Below are positions 36,870-50,255 of a DNA stretch of 64,000 nt, one piece after another. Position numbers and translations under genes: made by a program. Within the stretch, counting starts at the first letter, position 1; the number at the start of each line of letters is the position of its first letter. The stretch is from Amoebidium appalachense (lineage: Eukaryota > Protista > Ichthyosporea): the NCBI GenBank assembly GCA_963693365.1, contig CAVNZM010000010.1, positions 5,519,794 through 5,583,793 of the forward strand. Direction: 5' to 3'. The notes under the pieces were generated by a model, which did no database searches, was not told where the DNA came from, and saw only the letters and a program-made list of their open reading frames with translations.

Positions 36870-37335
36870 ACACTCACACATTCACACACTCACACTCACA
36901 CAAATACACACACAGACACACACGCACAAGCACACACATACACACGCGTGTACACACACACGCACACACACGTGCACACACACACACACACACATACACA
37001 CACACACACACACACAATCAAACACACACACACGCACACACACACTCGCACTCTATGGACCTACAGAGCTAGCACTCGAACATGCTCGTGTAGTCTAACT
37101 AGAAAAGAAAAGATGGCCCGCCCAGCGTAATAGTTAAGTCTCGGCGCATCACCCACCACCTCCCATATGCCACCCTTACACCTTTATGTACACGTGCGCA
37201 AATCGTCACACAGCAGACTGAGCCCAGGCTCTGAACGAGTGGGCAACCATGGCTCCCCCTTTGCCCTCCCACCCTTAGGCTACGTTACTTATTCCTTATT
37301 GGTATACCTCGAGTCTGTGTACTGAAGTACCCCGG
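33170..37335 (+). other. Putative spliced locus (membrane protein, pseudogene or lncRNA)
   Basis: Complex-sequence islands bounded by + strand splice signals (donors GTAAGT at ~33865, 36241, ~36763; GTGAGT at ~37336) and separated by sense C/CA-rich tracts like introns of + strand genes. Some frames give Cys-containing then hydrophobic peptides (ITVFLVVAVVLAC), but no unique frame could be fixed. Confidence 0.33.
35110..35464. mobile_element. Short structured insertion (SINE-like or retro-derived) with an internal 106-bp tandem duplication
   Basis: Units 35254-35359 and 35360-35464 differ by a 1-nt indel. Flanked by direct repeat CTTAGG (35104-35109, 35463-35468; partly overlapping the element end). 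Terminal hairpin GACGGG..GCTTC-CTA-GAAGC-CCCGTC. Confidence 0.55.
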
Positions 37336-37695
37336 GTGAGTCCTCCAGCAATCGCTTTCTTCCCTCCCCCCACTCTCCCCCCCCCTCCCCGCAGCATAGG
37401 TATGAGCATCGGTGTACTTAAAGTTTATACACGTGCACGTGAACAGTGTGATCTGCCGTCGGACGTACCATACGTGCTGTGGCCGAGGTGTCGGTCATGA
37501 AAGTGTACTTCTAACCCTTTGTGATTCTTCCCCTAACCAGCCCCGTCCCCCTCCCCCCCGCCTCCCCCCCCCCTCCCTCCCTTCCTTCCTCCCCTCTACT
37601 TATCGGCACACACGCACGCACGCACGCACGCACGCACGCACGTGCACACACAAACACACACACACACATGTACACGCACGCACGCACGCACACGC

Positions 37696-37733
<38 letters not shown>

Positions 37734-38542
37734 ATCCACGTGCCCAAACTCCGCCACACACATAACATGAACACACACATCTTTACATGTAACCGGTGAA
37801 TGTGTGTTCCCACCCGTGCGTGCATGCGCCCTGTGTGTTGCCATCTTACAGTGCAACTGTGCATGCACCTTCGTTATTGTGTTTGGGTACTTCCGTCGGG
37901 CTTTATAGTGGATGTGTGGACGCGTAGGCACTTGAACGGTTACGGTTGCAGATGTACATCTGCGTGTGTACCCGCGTGCGCGCTACGGTGTGCGTACCTC
38001 GCCGGGCACTTGAGACGTACAAGCACAGGGAGAGAGATGTTTTCTGATTAGCCAGGCTATTTCTCGGATTTATGCCCGAAGCCTTACCCCCAACCTAATT
38101 AAAGTTTCACGTGATGACAGTATAAACCTTACCTATCGTTCTTGTGTCGTGCTTGCTCATATATGCATGGGCCCTGAGTGACAACAGTATTTTCAGCTTG
38201 CACAACTTCAGTACAGCACTGATACGAGCGTCGGGCAGGTGTTCGGTTGAGCTCTCATGCAGATAAAATAAGGTATGGCATCACCCTGTTCCAATGATTT
38301 TATTATTTTTTTTCGAAAAAGAGAACCCGTAAGTGTGAACACTGCAGTGGGGCCGCTGATGTAGGAAAAGTCTTGGTCTTTCACTGGCCATGAGTCGAAC
38401 AAAGCAGAAAAAGACAGTCTAGATCTGCCAGCACTCAGCGCGCTCCGTTGGTCCGCAAGCCTGCATGCCCAGCTGCGCAAAAGTTACCGCAGACCATTGC
38501 GTGACACATAGCAAATTGCGACAGATTATTTAGTCGCATCTG

Positions 38543-38726
38543 ATTGGTGTATAATTTCATATGTGTCAATTAGTACGATCTTTCAAGTCAAAACACTCAC
38601 TCAAACTCGATGCTTGGCTAGCCTGGCCTGGCGAAATCAGGAACCAATCGTTAAAAACTAATATGAACTATATATGAATACATAGGATTATAAACCAATC
38701 AAATCTGGGTGCGCGGCTGATTTGAA
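38543..38726 (+). promoter_or_regulatory. Putative ASPM promoter: three CCAAT boxes plus a CDE/CHR tandem element
   Basis: ATTGG 38543-38547, CCAAT 38644-38648 and 38695-38699, then CGCGG (38712-38716), a 4-nt spacer, and TTTGAA (38721-38726). About 790 nt before the ATG, which is itself directly preceded by a CAG acceptor-like site. Confidence 0.6.
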
Positions 38727-39513
38727 ATATGTCCTGACAGGCTGAGTCTGTGCTGGCCGGCCGCAACGGACACAGCCTCTGTTATTCGGAGAACAGCCTC
38801 CCTGTTTTCTGCAGTGTTGGCCGCGCCGGGAGTGCCAAGTTTCATACAATTAATAAATAGTTGTCCAGCAAACACATTTAGCTGTTATACACTTCTTTTT
38901 CGTGCCACGGTATAGATCTCTGAAAGACGGTTCAAACCTCCCAAGAGTTGACTCAATAGTGGACGTACCATCTTGCAGCGTAGAAGTATTCAGGGCAAAG
39001 ACACAATCCCTTTTTTTTTTTTTACAGGACAGCAGATGCCCGGGGTATATTAAGAAACGGCAGAAGGTAATAGTTATTGACCAAACCGCCAGCTTGCTGC
39101 TAGCAGGCTCCTGCGAACATGAGTAAAGGTATGTCCAAGAATTCATTGCCACATATGTGTCCAGCCCTTTTGTCTCCAAATAACTGGGATCGGGTAGCAG
39201 TTCGGATCCTTTCTTGTTGGAAGTACACAAATGCATAGCAAAAAAACCTTGTGGCTTGACAATGGTTATACAAAGCTACTATTGCTCCACAAAAGAATGT
39301 TACAACTGCCCCGGCACACAGTACGAAGTCAAACGATGAATCTGATCTCATACAAAGGGTGGGTGCACAAAAGTGTGCGCCTTTGTTGAAGTTTAGCAAC
39401 AACGCTGGTTGTGGAGACCATGGTGTAGTACCCACACTACTTTTATTTTAATTCGAATACCTTTTGGCTATTGCTTGAGTGGGGCAACTAAATCTTGATC
39501 TGTCACCAAACAG

Positions 39514-40364
39514 ATGACTACAAGGCTACGTGAACAAGACACAGCACAGCTGGACAGTCCACTAAGAACACCTTTGAAAGAAAGGCGGGAGAATGTAGAC
39601 GCTACAGCAGGTCCCACACTTTCCCTTCAGGAGTTTTCCAAAACCCCATGGGTTGACTTCGGAAATGTTAAGGTCGGTCAGACCTACAGACACAAGATGC
39701 AAGTGCACAATCCGAAGGGAGTCGCTCAAATACTCACCGTCGAAAAGTTCCCCACAACCAAAGGGTTCTGCATCGACGGAGTAACGGTAAGGTGTTGTCA
39801 TGAGCGCTCTATCGAGTTGTTCTTATCCTTTATCTCTTTCCTTGCATTTCCTTATTCGTGTGTTAAAGCATAGTTGGCAGTGTACCTGGTTCTTCGCAAC
39901 ACTTTGCCTTTTGATATCCCTTTGGCAAACCCCTTCTCAACCCCCCCCCCCCCCCCCCCCCCCCCCCTCAAAAAAAAAAAAAAAAAACCACCTTGTGCCA
40001 CCAGCACAACTGCCCTAAAACCAACACATGCGTGAGCCCTTAACTTGCTGTGCAAATGCCGCCTGTCCGTCCATTCCGGGCACCGTCCTCCCTCCCCCCT
40101 CCCCCCTCCCCCCCCCCCCCCCCCCCCAAAAAAAAAAAAAAAAAAAAAGTAAACTGTAACCCCCCCCCCCCCCCCCTCCCCGCCTGCCCACCCACCCACC
40201 CAACCCTGCCCCCACGCTGTGGTTTCCTTCATTTAGCTTCTGCCCTTCTTCCACAGATAAAAAAATGGGAATGTCCGGGTTATTCCCACCGTTTCTTTCC
40301 CCTCATCCCCTATTTCTTTCTTTCTTATTCTTCTTCCCCCCCCCCCCCCCCCTTTTTTTTTTTT

Positions 40365-40395
<31 letters not shown>

Positions 40396-41201
40396 GGGAC
40401 TCCGTGAGTGTGTAATTCCTTTTTGCGTTTATCACGGTTATTTAGAGCAGAGAAAGGCAGCACCAATCTACATAAAAAAAACTTCTAACGAGGGGTGTTT
40501 GGCAGGGGAGTTACTTGAACGACTTTGAGCTTCCCGTTTTTGCAAATTCGCGCGAGGTATGTGCCCCCCCTCCCCCCCCCACACACACACACCACCACCA
40601 CCACCACCACCACCACCACCACCTTCTCTCCGTTTCCCTTTCGACCAAGAGATATTTTTTCTGTGGGTTAACGAAACAGCAAAATCAATAGACGTCTTTG
40701 TGTTGGGGTTTCGTTCTCGGCGATGCGATCATCAGAGATGTGAATCGAGGGTATGGGGATGCGTAGACGGACAATTCGGGGCGTGGTAGAAACTGTCTGA
40801 ATGGATATATATGCTGTGAGAAAGACCGTTTGTTGTCCTAGGTGTCAGGGAAACATGCGTCGGGTTAGGGCCTGTAGGGGTGGGGGTGGGTGGGTGTGTT
40901 GGTGTGGGAGGGTGGTGGATGTGGGTGTTGTGTGTCCATCTGGTAAATGTGGTGGTGATGCTGTCTTCGTGTGGGAATGCTTTTTTTTTTTTTTTTTTTT
41001 TTTTTTTTTGGGAGGGGGGGGGGGGGGGGAGGGGGATGGCCGAAATCGCCTAAAAAGGAAGTGAGATAGCACACCCAGCATGTTGAGTAGGTTTTTGGAC
41101 ATATGTGTCTATGAACAATCTACTTGGGGTTGTCAGTCGGCAAGAAATCGTGTGTTTCTAACCTTTTTTGTTTCTTTCTTTTTTTGTGCGTATGCGTTCT
41201 T

Positions 41202-41232
<31 letters not shown>

Positions 41233-41925
41233 GGGGAGGGGGCAGTGCAGTGTAAAGGAAAAGAAAACACACGAATTCTCTAATCACACATGTGCTATGC
41301 AGGAGATTACGTTTGGCTGGATGCCGGAGAAAGCAGGCAGTCACCGTGAGCAGGTTTTGTTTAAGTGCGAAAGGCACCTGTTCCAGGTAAACACACCGTG
41401 CCTGTTTTTTTTGCGTTGTATTTGTGCCTCTCGCCCCCCCCCCCCCCCCCCCCCCCTTCCTCCCTTGATGTGTGCACACGTGTGTGCGTGTGGGGAGGAG
41501 GGAGGGGGGGGGGGGGGGATACTATGACTTTCTTTAAGGGTTATGGCCAAAGTGAGAATGGTACAGAGCGGAGGTGATGGGGCAAGCAACGAGGTCGGGA
41601 TGAATATATGGTTTTTTTACCTTTCATCGATCCACAACATGAGGAATTGAAACCGTACTCCTTCTCTCTCCTTCTTTTATTTTCTTTTCGTTCTTTCTTT
41701 TATTGTTACATTGTGCGTGCGTGCGTGTGTTGGAGTGTGCTGACCTATGAACTTTAGCTGACATGGGTAGAGAGATCTACTAACAACAGTCGATTCCAAC
41801 TGCTAGGCGGTGTTATGTGGAGTGGCTGAGGCAAAACCAGAGCCCAAGAAAGTAAGTGGACCCACACCTCATCCCCCCCCTCCCCGCCCTGTTCTCCTCC
41901 CTCCCCCCCCCCCCCCTCCCCCCCC

Positions 41926-41973
<48 letters not shown>

Positions 41974-42889
41974 TCCACCCACCCACCCCTCCCCTACCCC
42001 CTCTTCTTCCCCCATTTTTTTTTTATTTTTTTGGCCTTGGGGGGGGGGGGGGGGGGGGGAGAGAGGGGGGCTCTTTTGGCAATGTTTTTGCCTTAAAAAC
42101 GATAAAGAGGCAAGTATAGAACTAACTGCATGGGTGTGCACATGCATTCTTATAGCGAGCACCACCTGAATTTTGCAATCGAAAGCTGGTACGTGTTTGC
42201 TCTTTGGTTGAACTGGGAGGGGGGGGGAGGCGAAAGGGCGGAAGGAGGGGAGGGGGGGGGCTTTTCAAAACACAACAAAAACAAACCCCCCTCCCCCCCG
42301 CAAAAAAAAAACAAAAAAACGAGTGCTTTCAGATAACTGACACGGATGGTGTTGTGTGTGCAGATAGGTGCAGCGGTAACAACCAGACCAGCATCCACCA
42401 TCAAAACATCATCCCTTAGAGTAGGTGCCCCGGGGCAGATAGGTAGATACAGTAACGGCATGGGCTTTTTGCTCTTTCTTTTCTGTTTTTCTCTCTCTGT
42501 TCCGATGGAAGATTGGGAGTTGGGTGGGGGGGGTTGTGTGGGGGTGAGGAAATTTAGCAGCGGTTGTTTACATGCCATCTCCTTATTCAATTATAGGCGG
42601 CACCTACTAGGTTAGTCGTGTAACTTGGCTGTAGGGAGGGTGTGTTTTTTGGGGGGGGGGGGGAGGGGGGGGGGGGGGGGGACTAACAAATGGGTGGTGT
42701 CCCATGTGTGATACAACGTGGTGGATGATATTGAGTGGGGTTTGGGGGGGGGGGGGGGGGGGGGGGGGGCTGGGTTGCGATTGTGGTGATGAATAGGATC
42801 CTGTGTGGAGCATGTTTTTTGAGGGTGTAGGAACCGTGAGGGGAAGCCAAAACGACAACACGGCGTGTGTAATACTGGATGTGGGTAGT

Positions 42890-42925
<36 letters not shown>

Positions 42926-43893
42926 TTTTTGGAGAAAGGGGGGGGGGAGGGGGGATCCTGAAATCTGTGCGCTCACTAATTGGGAAATACAGGCAGCAGG
43001 AACGACTACGTCTGCCCGATTGTCTGTAGCCTCAAAGCCCCCAGCCCACACGGTATGGCTACATATTTGATATTCGTTGGTTTAAAGCCCGGCTGCGCTT
43101 GTGTGTGTGTGTGTGTGTGGCATCATTCTATTCTTTTTTTCTTGATGTCCTCATACAAAGGGGTTTTTCGGCACGAGTGGCTTCTCATTCACGGATATAT
43201 CTTAGACAAAATTGGCTCATGTTGTAATAGACACATTTTACGATAACACAATTTAAAAAGTATAGTATGAGTATATCTCGATATACTTATTTTATACATT
43301 TTATGTGGTCGATTTTACCGTACCACTTTTTGTTTAGTATACTATGATAAGCATATCGCGAAATCGCACGAACAGCCGACCCGACCCTGGTGGGCATTCG
43401 ATGTGTTCGCCTCCAATCACATCCGATCTGACCAAAACAAGTATATCTTTTGGCCCTTTCATATGATCGATATACTGAAAAAAAATATCGATTTTGAATA
43501 TCTTTTTCGCGATCTTTACCAGATTTTGGCAGGTCGGCGATATACTTATACTATTCAAAATGTGTTATAATAAAATGTGTCAATTACCTTTTGTTAGATT
43601 TTTTGTTATTTATTTACATGTGTGTTTATTTATTGGCCCACACAGGTGAACAATCCACGGGAGGTGTTGGTCAAGCCGTCCAGGATCGGCAAGGAAAATG
43701 GGCCAGCTGCAAAAGGTACATGTCGCAGTGCAATTGGTTGCTGCAAAGGCATGTTTCTCTGATTCAATCGGCACATATGGGACTATATTGAACATATGGA
43801 TGGAACAAGGCTAATGTGCCCCACCATCCCCTATCTTTCTATCTGTGTAGGCAGAAAAAGGGGCTGTTTCCACATGTGTAAGGAACTACATGT

Positions 43894-43924
<31 letters not shown>

Positions 43925-44455
43925 GCCAAACACACACACACACGCACGCGCGCACACACACACACACACACCCCATACACACCACTACCATCGACTCAAC
44001 CAGGCTTTGTCTACGTGTGCGGGCATGTGTGTCCCTCTTCTCAAATTTGCAGGCCCTCAACTTGCAAACCTGCGAATCACCACAAACAGTAACTAGTCCG
44101 TTAGGTTACGAAGGACACTACTAGTAGGGCAGTGTAATCGATGAGAGCACATGGGGGTGAGCCGGTACCCTATAGTACCCCATGATATTCCATGCGCGGT
44201 GATTCCTTCGATTACGAGAGCACCTTCATAACCACTAGTGTTTCGGTACTGTAAATGCTAGAGTCAGAAGTTCCCCCGATTCCTTTGCAACAATTTCTTA
44301 GTATGGGATGTGATGTACTTAATACAAACTCAAATCACGGTAAAAACCAGTAAATTTTTTGACATTGAAGTGATACAAAGAACCACTTGGTTTGCGTATA
44401 CTGCTGAACAAGTGTTGGGATTTATACATAGGAGAGAGAATGAGCATTGGGAGAG

Positions 44456-44491
<36 letters not shown>

Positions 44492-44648
44492 TTGTGACTG
44501 ACTGAGGTGCTAAGGAGGGATCCCAAGCACGATAGAGCAACGTGTTGTAACACATGTTCTACTTGCAGTGCCTGTCCCCGCACCCAAGACTGCCCAGTCG
44601 CGCCTTCAGCTGGTATGTCCCCCCCCCCCCCCCCCCCCCCTCCCCCTC

Positions 44649-44734
<86 letters not shown>

Positions 44735-45213
44735 GGAGATCACTGTTACAGGCAGTCAGCAGCACGTGTGCGTTTTTCGCTTCTGTAAAGCGCCGCAATG
44801 CCCAACTTTGGGCCTCGTTTCTACTTGACGGCGCAGCTTGTCAAAGACAAAGAACTAGTATTCATATGACTTGGAGAGTAGGCCACGACACTTGGATATG
44901 GAACCGGTGCAAGGCCGTGTTTATTTGAACGGACACAAGAAAGTCCAATAAAACAAACAGCATACTTTTGTTGAGGCAAATAAACTGCCGTGATTACGTT
45001 TTGTGTGGTTAGGGTGAAAAAAAAAAAAAAAAATTTTTTTTGGGGGGGGGGGGGGGTTGGGTTTTTTGGGTTTTGGAACGATGCTGATGGTAGACAATTC
45101 CCAGCTCAAGAGTGCACAAACACAAGCCGGACCCAACAAGTCTGCAGGCACCACTGGTTCATATGTGGCCTCAACAAGAGAGCTGGATGGTATCCCTCCC
45201 CTCCCCCCCCCCC

Positions 45214-45244
<31 letters not shown>

Positions 45245-46187
45245 ACACACCACCACCACCACCACCACCACCACCACCACCACCACCACCACCCAAAAAA
45301 AGAAAAAAAGAAAAAAAAGAAAGGAAAAAAAAAAGAAGAAGAAGAAGAGAGAGAGTGAGAGAGAGAGCTCCCAAGCACACTAAAGGCACACACACACACA
45401 CACACACACACTACTGCCATGCCGCATGAAGGATTATACTGCGACATATCAAACCACTATCACGGACCCAATCGTGTGTTATAGGTGCAGAAAAGGGAAG
45501 ATAGTAGCTTTTGCTACATAGCGAACTCGAATCAAAGTCATTCCTTGGCCAACCCTTTACTCTTGCAGATCGCTATCATGACGCCCAGGCCGATGGATTT
45601 GTTAATTGGCTCAATCACATTCTTGCTCCACAAGAACCAGAGGCCCCACCTTTGTCCCCACAGGTACCTCCTACCCCCCCCCCCCCCCCCCCCCGGCCCT
45701 GCCCCTTTCCTCCACCCCCTCTTCGCCAGAAATACATCATTCATGTGAATGTGTGCGCGCCCCACCACCACCTTCTAAGGCAAAAGGAATGTTATAAGAA
45801 TACACTGCGAATAAAGGTATAAATACATGTTCCAGTTACCCGCAAGAGAAGCACCTAAACTGCAGTGTGAAGTGTGGTGAAGGCAAGTTGGTAGTACTTT
45901 GCATTCATATAGTTGTGGGGGGAGGTTACGTAGGGAGAAGCACCAGACAACTGTTTCTTTTTCTTTTTTTTTTTTTCACCCAAACTTATGAGTATTACGG
46001 TTGTAATGGTGCTGTGTATTTTTTATATTGCTTAATTTGGACATGTGTATGTTCAGACCCATGCGACTCCACGCACACTGCGTCAAGTCACGGCGGCGCG
46101 CATGTTGAGTCGCCAGGCCGATGCGATATCTAATTTGATGAAGTCACCCTACATCAAGGAAATTTCGGAAATTGTAATTATCCCCCC

Positions 46188-46218
<31 letters not shown>

Positions 46219-47618
46219 ATCCAAATCTCGATCTGCCCCCCCCCCCCTCCCCCCCCCCCCCCCCCCCCCTGCCACATCCAAATTTCGACGGCATCAACAC
46301 CTTTTTTTTTATAGTCACCACCACCGCCCGCAGTGGTCCTTCCACTGTCTCCTAATGAATTCATATGGTAAACATGCCTTTTCAGTTGACCAAGCACACT
46401 TTCTCATGTCCATGCGTTGTACGATGCCGTCGTAATATTACAGTCGACTTCAGTGCAATCACCATTGTTCTTACATTTATCTGCTTTGGAAAAATCGCGA
46501 TCTACTATAATTGACCTATCGTACGTGCAGGCGACTCCACTTACGTCAATTCTAGTGTGGTCGACTTGGACATATTCGAATTAAGTTTAAGGGGGAAAAG
46601 TTCAAAACAGACTATGTATGCTGGCAGACTAGCACAATTTTGCCGCCGTCGGCTGAATTCGCTATGGCATGTGACGTCAACCTGAGATATTTCTATATAT
46701 AGAAGTATCTGTGTGACGTCATTTCAGATTGAAATTTTCCATGAAGTCTGTAGTGTGCCGGGATGCATAGTCTGTTTTGAACCGTTCGTCGTTAATTGCC
46801 ACACGCTGATATTGCTAACTCTGTAACCCCTGCAGCTGGCAGCAGCTATAAGGGAGCGGAAGTTTGCTCTCCGTACCGACTCACAGTCTTCCTCCGGTCT
46901 CAGCATTCGACAGGTCAGTGTTTGTTCTGAAGCTTTCCTCTGTGTTAATCACCACCATTCCAAAAAAAACAAACAACGGACATGCATGGCTGTGTGTGCA
47001 CGTGCATCTGCACACAGGGCACACACTTCCCACCCCATTCCGCCTTAAATCCCTATCACCCTTACACCAACACCAAAAACACGTTCACGTTTGCTTTTGT
47101 TCCTGACTATTCTTAGTCCCTGTGCGCTGAAAATAGAAGAAGCCGGTGGTTTCTTTATGATGATCATCTATCTGATCAGGTTTCACACTGGGCTCTTCAA
47201 ACATGCATACACGGCGGTCAGTACTAGTAGTAATATACACTATATATAGACAACTAAGGCCGAGATTCAGATGAGAACATGATATAGCTATAGATAACTT
47301 ATCAGATATATTTTTTTAATGTTTTCTATAATTACGTGTTTTAATATTACTCATGTAGTCATATTGCAAGGCGGTGTCTGACTGTTGTGTCTTCTCAGGC
47401 GCTGATCAATCTTCTGGAGTGCTACAACCCGTGGTGGCTGAGGTTAGGCCTGTCTGTCTTGCTCAGGCTACCCCCCTCCATGCTTGCTGCTCTGGTAAGC
47501 ACACTGCACCACCCACTGAAACGTGTACCTGCCTGTGACGTGTAATCTGCACCCATGTCTTTTCCACCTGTCTAATTGCTGCCGTAGGGATCTGTCTGAT
47601 GGCACATGGAGCCCCCCC

Positions 47619-47650
<32 letters not shown>

Positions 47651-47768
47651 AAAAAAAAAAAAAAACTCACACTCACCACCCACCCACCTGCAACTCAAGT
47701 TCCCACCCCATTCCACCCCACCCAACTCTCCATCCTTTCTATTACCCAAGGTATACGACCAACCGACC

Positions 47769-47842
<74 letters not shown>

Positions 47843-48067
47843 GGGGCCCAAAAAAAAAAAAAAAAAAAAAAAAAAAAGACGAAAAAGAAAAAGGGTGCAA
47901 TATACATGGCAGTTGCTCTGAGACTCATACCATGACCCCCACAGGACGACCCATCCTGCCTGCGCAAGGTCTTAGGGGAGCATATGCTGTGCCGGTCATG
48001 TAGCAGCCACATCAGTGCTGCCCACGAGCAATCATGCCCGGCCCTACACACATTCCTCATGCTGGTT

Positions 48068-48133
<66 letters not shown>

Positions 48134-48464
48134 CTCCCCTCCTTCTCCCTCCCTACCTGGTGCTTCCTGAAATGTTGCCTTTGGTCATCCACATTCGTCC
48201 CACATACACAATAGCACGTGCGCGCGCGCACGCACACACACACACACACCACCCGACGCATGTTCACCTGCAGCCAAATCCCGTCCCTTTTCATCCCAAC
48301 TATCTACTTTCTTGCCTCCATCCCGCCTCCTCCGTGCATGCCATTTTAGGCCGGTGGTCTCATGAAGTGGCACCGTGCAGGTTCTATTGCTGGACACGGC
48401 AAAGGAGAGAAAGATTTTGGCTGATGACCCATGCCTTTTCGTAAAGGTATGGCACAGGCTGCCC

Positions 48465-48502
<38 letters not shown>

Positions 48503-50001
48503 CACACACACACACACACATACACACCACAGTCACCACCAACACCGTACGCCCGCTAACGCACAACACAAAAAAAGGAGAAGAAAGAAGGAGAAGGGAA
48601 AAAAGGTTGGAGAGAAAGCTCAAAGGGGGGGGGGGGGGGGGATAACTCTCGTAGCAAAAGGCATTTGTAAGGAAATCCTGCCATCCCACCCAAATAAAGA
48701 CACACACATGTGCACACGAGTGCAAAAAAAGTCTGGACACCCAAGGCTCGACTACCTACACACAAACCATGTGATGGACAGGACTGCGAGGTGAGCGGGG
48801 AGGTGGGGGGGGGATGGAGGGGGAGACAGACAGGGGGATGGGGGGGGGGGAGAGGGGGAGAGAGAGAGGGGGGAAGAGAGAGAGAGAGTTGCACACACAG
48901 ATATTCCACAGTTGATTAGGTACAAGATCAGATCGGATGAGGTTCCTTTGTCTCCACATTGTCTCACAGCCTTCCACACAGCACTCACCAATCAAGTCGA
49001 GCGAGGGCATACTCAAGCAGTTTGCTCGCACCTGCATGCTGGGGGAGGGCGATGTCGTCAAACACATGGGCTTTTTTGGTGAGTCCTGTGCTGCCCTTGC
49101 TATGTAATATCGGCCAAGTGGGCTGGTGTTATGCATGGTGTTATCTGCAAGATATGCCGGCCGCTGGCTGGCTTTAGGTCTTATGTGATGTAATAGCGTT
49201 ACTTTACTGAAAGAGAAGGGGGGAGGGGGGGAAGGGGGAAGGGAGGGTTTGAAGGTCTGTGTCGGCATTTTGCTGGCATGAGGTCGATTTTAGATCAACA
49301 GAGCTACTTCAGTATGGTATCACAGATCACCACCAATGCTTAGTCTTTATGCAACCATGTCCTTTATATCGGAAAGGCCCAACAGGGTCACCAATTCCAT
49401 TAGGGAATAACCACGTCTTTTTTCTCCTCCTCCTTCTTCTTCTTCTTCTTCTTCTTCTTCTTCTTCTTCCCTTTTTTTTTTTTTGCTGGCATGAGGTCGA
49501 TTTTAGATCAATAGAGCCACTTCAGTATGGTATCACAGATCACCACCAATGCTTAGTCTTTATGCAACCATGTCCTTTATATCGGAAAAGCCCAACAGGG
49601 TCATCAATTCCATTAGGGATTAACCACGTCTTTTTCCCCCTTCTTCTCCTCCTCCTTCTTCTTCTCCTTCTTCTTCTTCTTCTTCTTCTTCTTCTTCTTC
49701 TTCTTCTTCTTCTTCTTCTTCTTCTTCTTCTTCTTCTTCTTCTTCTTCTTCTTCTTCTTCTTCTTCTTCTTCTCCTTTTTTTCTTTTTTCTTTTTTTTTT
49801 CCCCCTTTTGCAGGGTACAAGGTCATGCACGTGCAGACAGGCGCGCACGAGTACTCGTACCGGGTGAGCAATCTAGCACTGGACCTGAGGGACGGGGCCT
49901 GCCTTGCCCGGCTGCTGGAGCAGCTGACAGCCACCCACGGCATTGTGGCAAAGCTCACACTGCCGGCAACGTCAGATATTCAGGTGATTAGCCCTCTTTC
50001 T

Positions 50002-50033
<32 letters not shown>

Positions 50034-50224
50034 TCCCCTGTGACTCTCCCTCTATCACACGAACACACTTGCACTCATACCCTTGGCACTCTCCCACCCC
50101 CTGCCGCCCCCACCACCACACACACACATACACACATACACACCCACCCACTCTTTCCTATTTTATATGCCCTCTCTCATACCATTTGTCCGCCCCCCAC
50201 TCCCCCCCCCCCCCCCCCCCCCCA

Positions 50225-50255
<31 letters not shown>

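Noticed and set aside
38850-39435. Minus-strand ORFs upstream of ASPM
   Set aside because: No recognisable domain, overlapping short frames; more simply ASPM 5'UTR or intron, though a decayed gene cannot be excluded.
47588-47602. ASPM micro-exon with a GC donor
   Set aside because: Exons 47399-47494 and 47945-48064 already join in phase 0.
49259-49958. Poly-L, poly-R and poly-E proteins
   Set aside because: Translations of the intronic (CTT)n tract.
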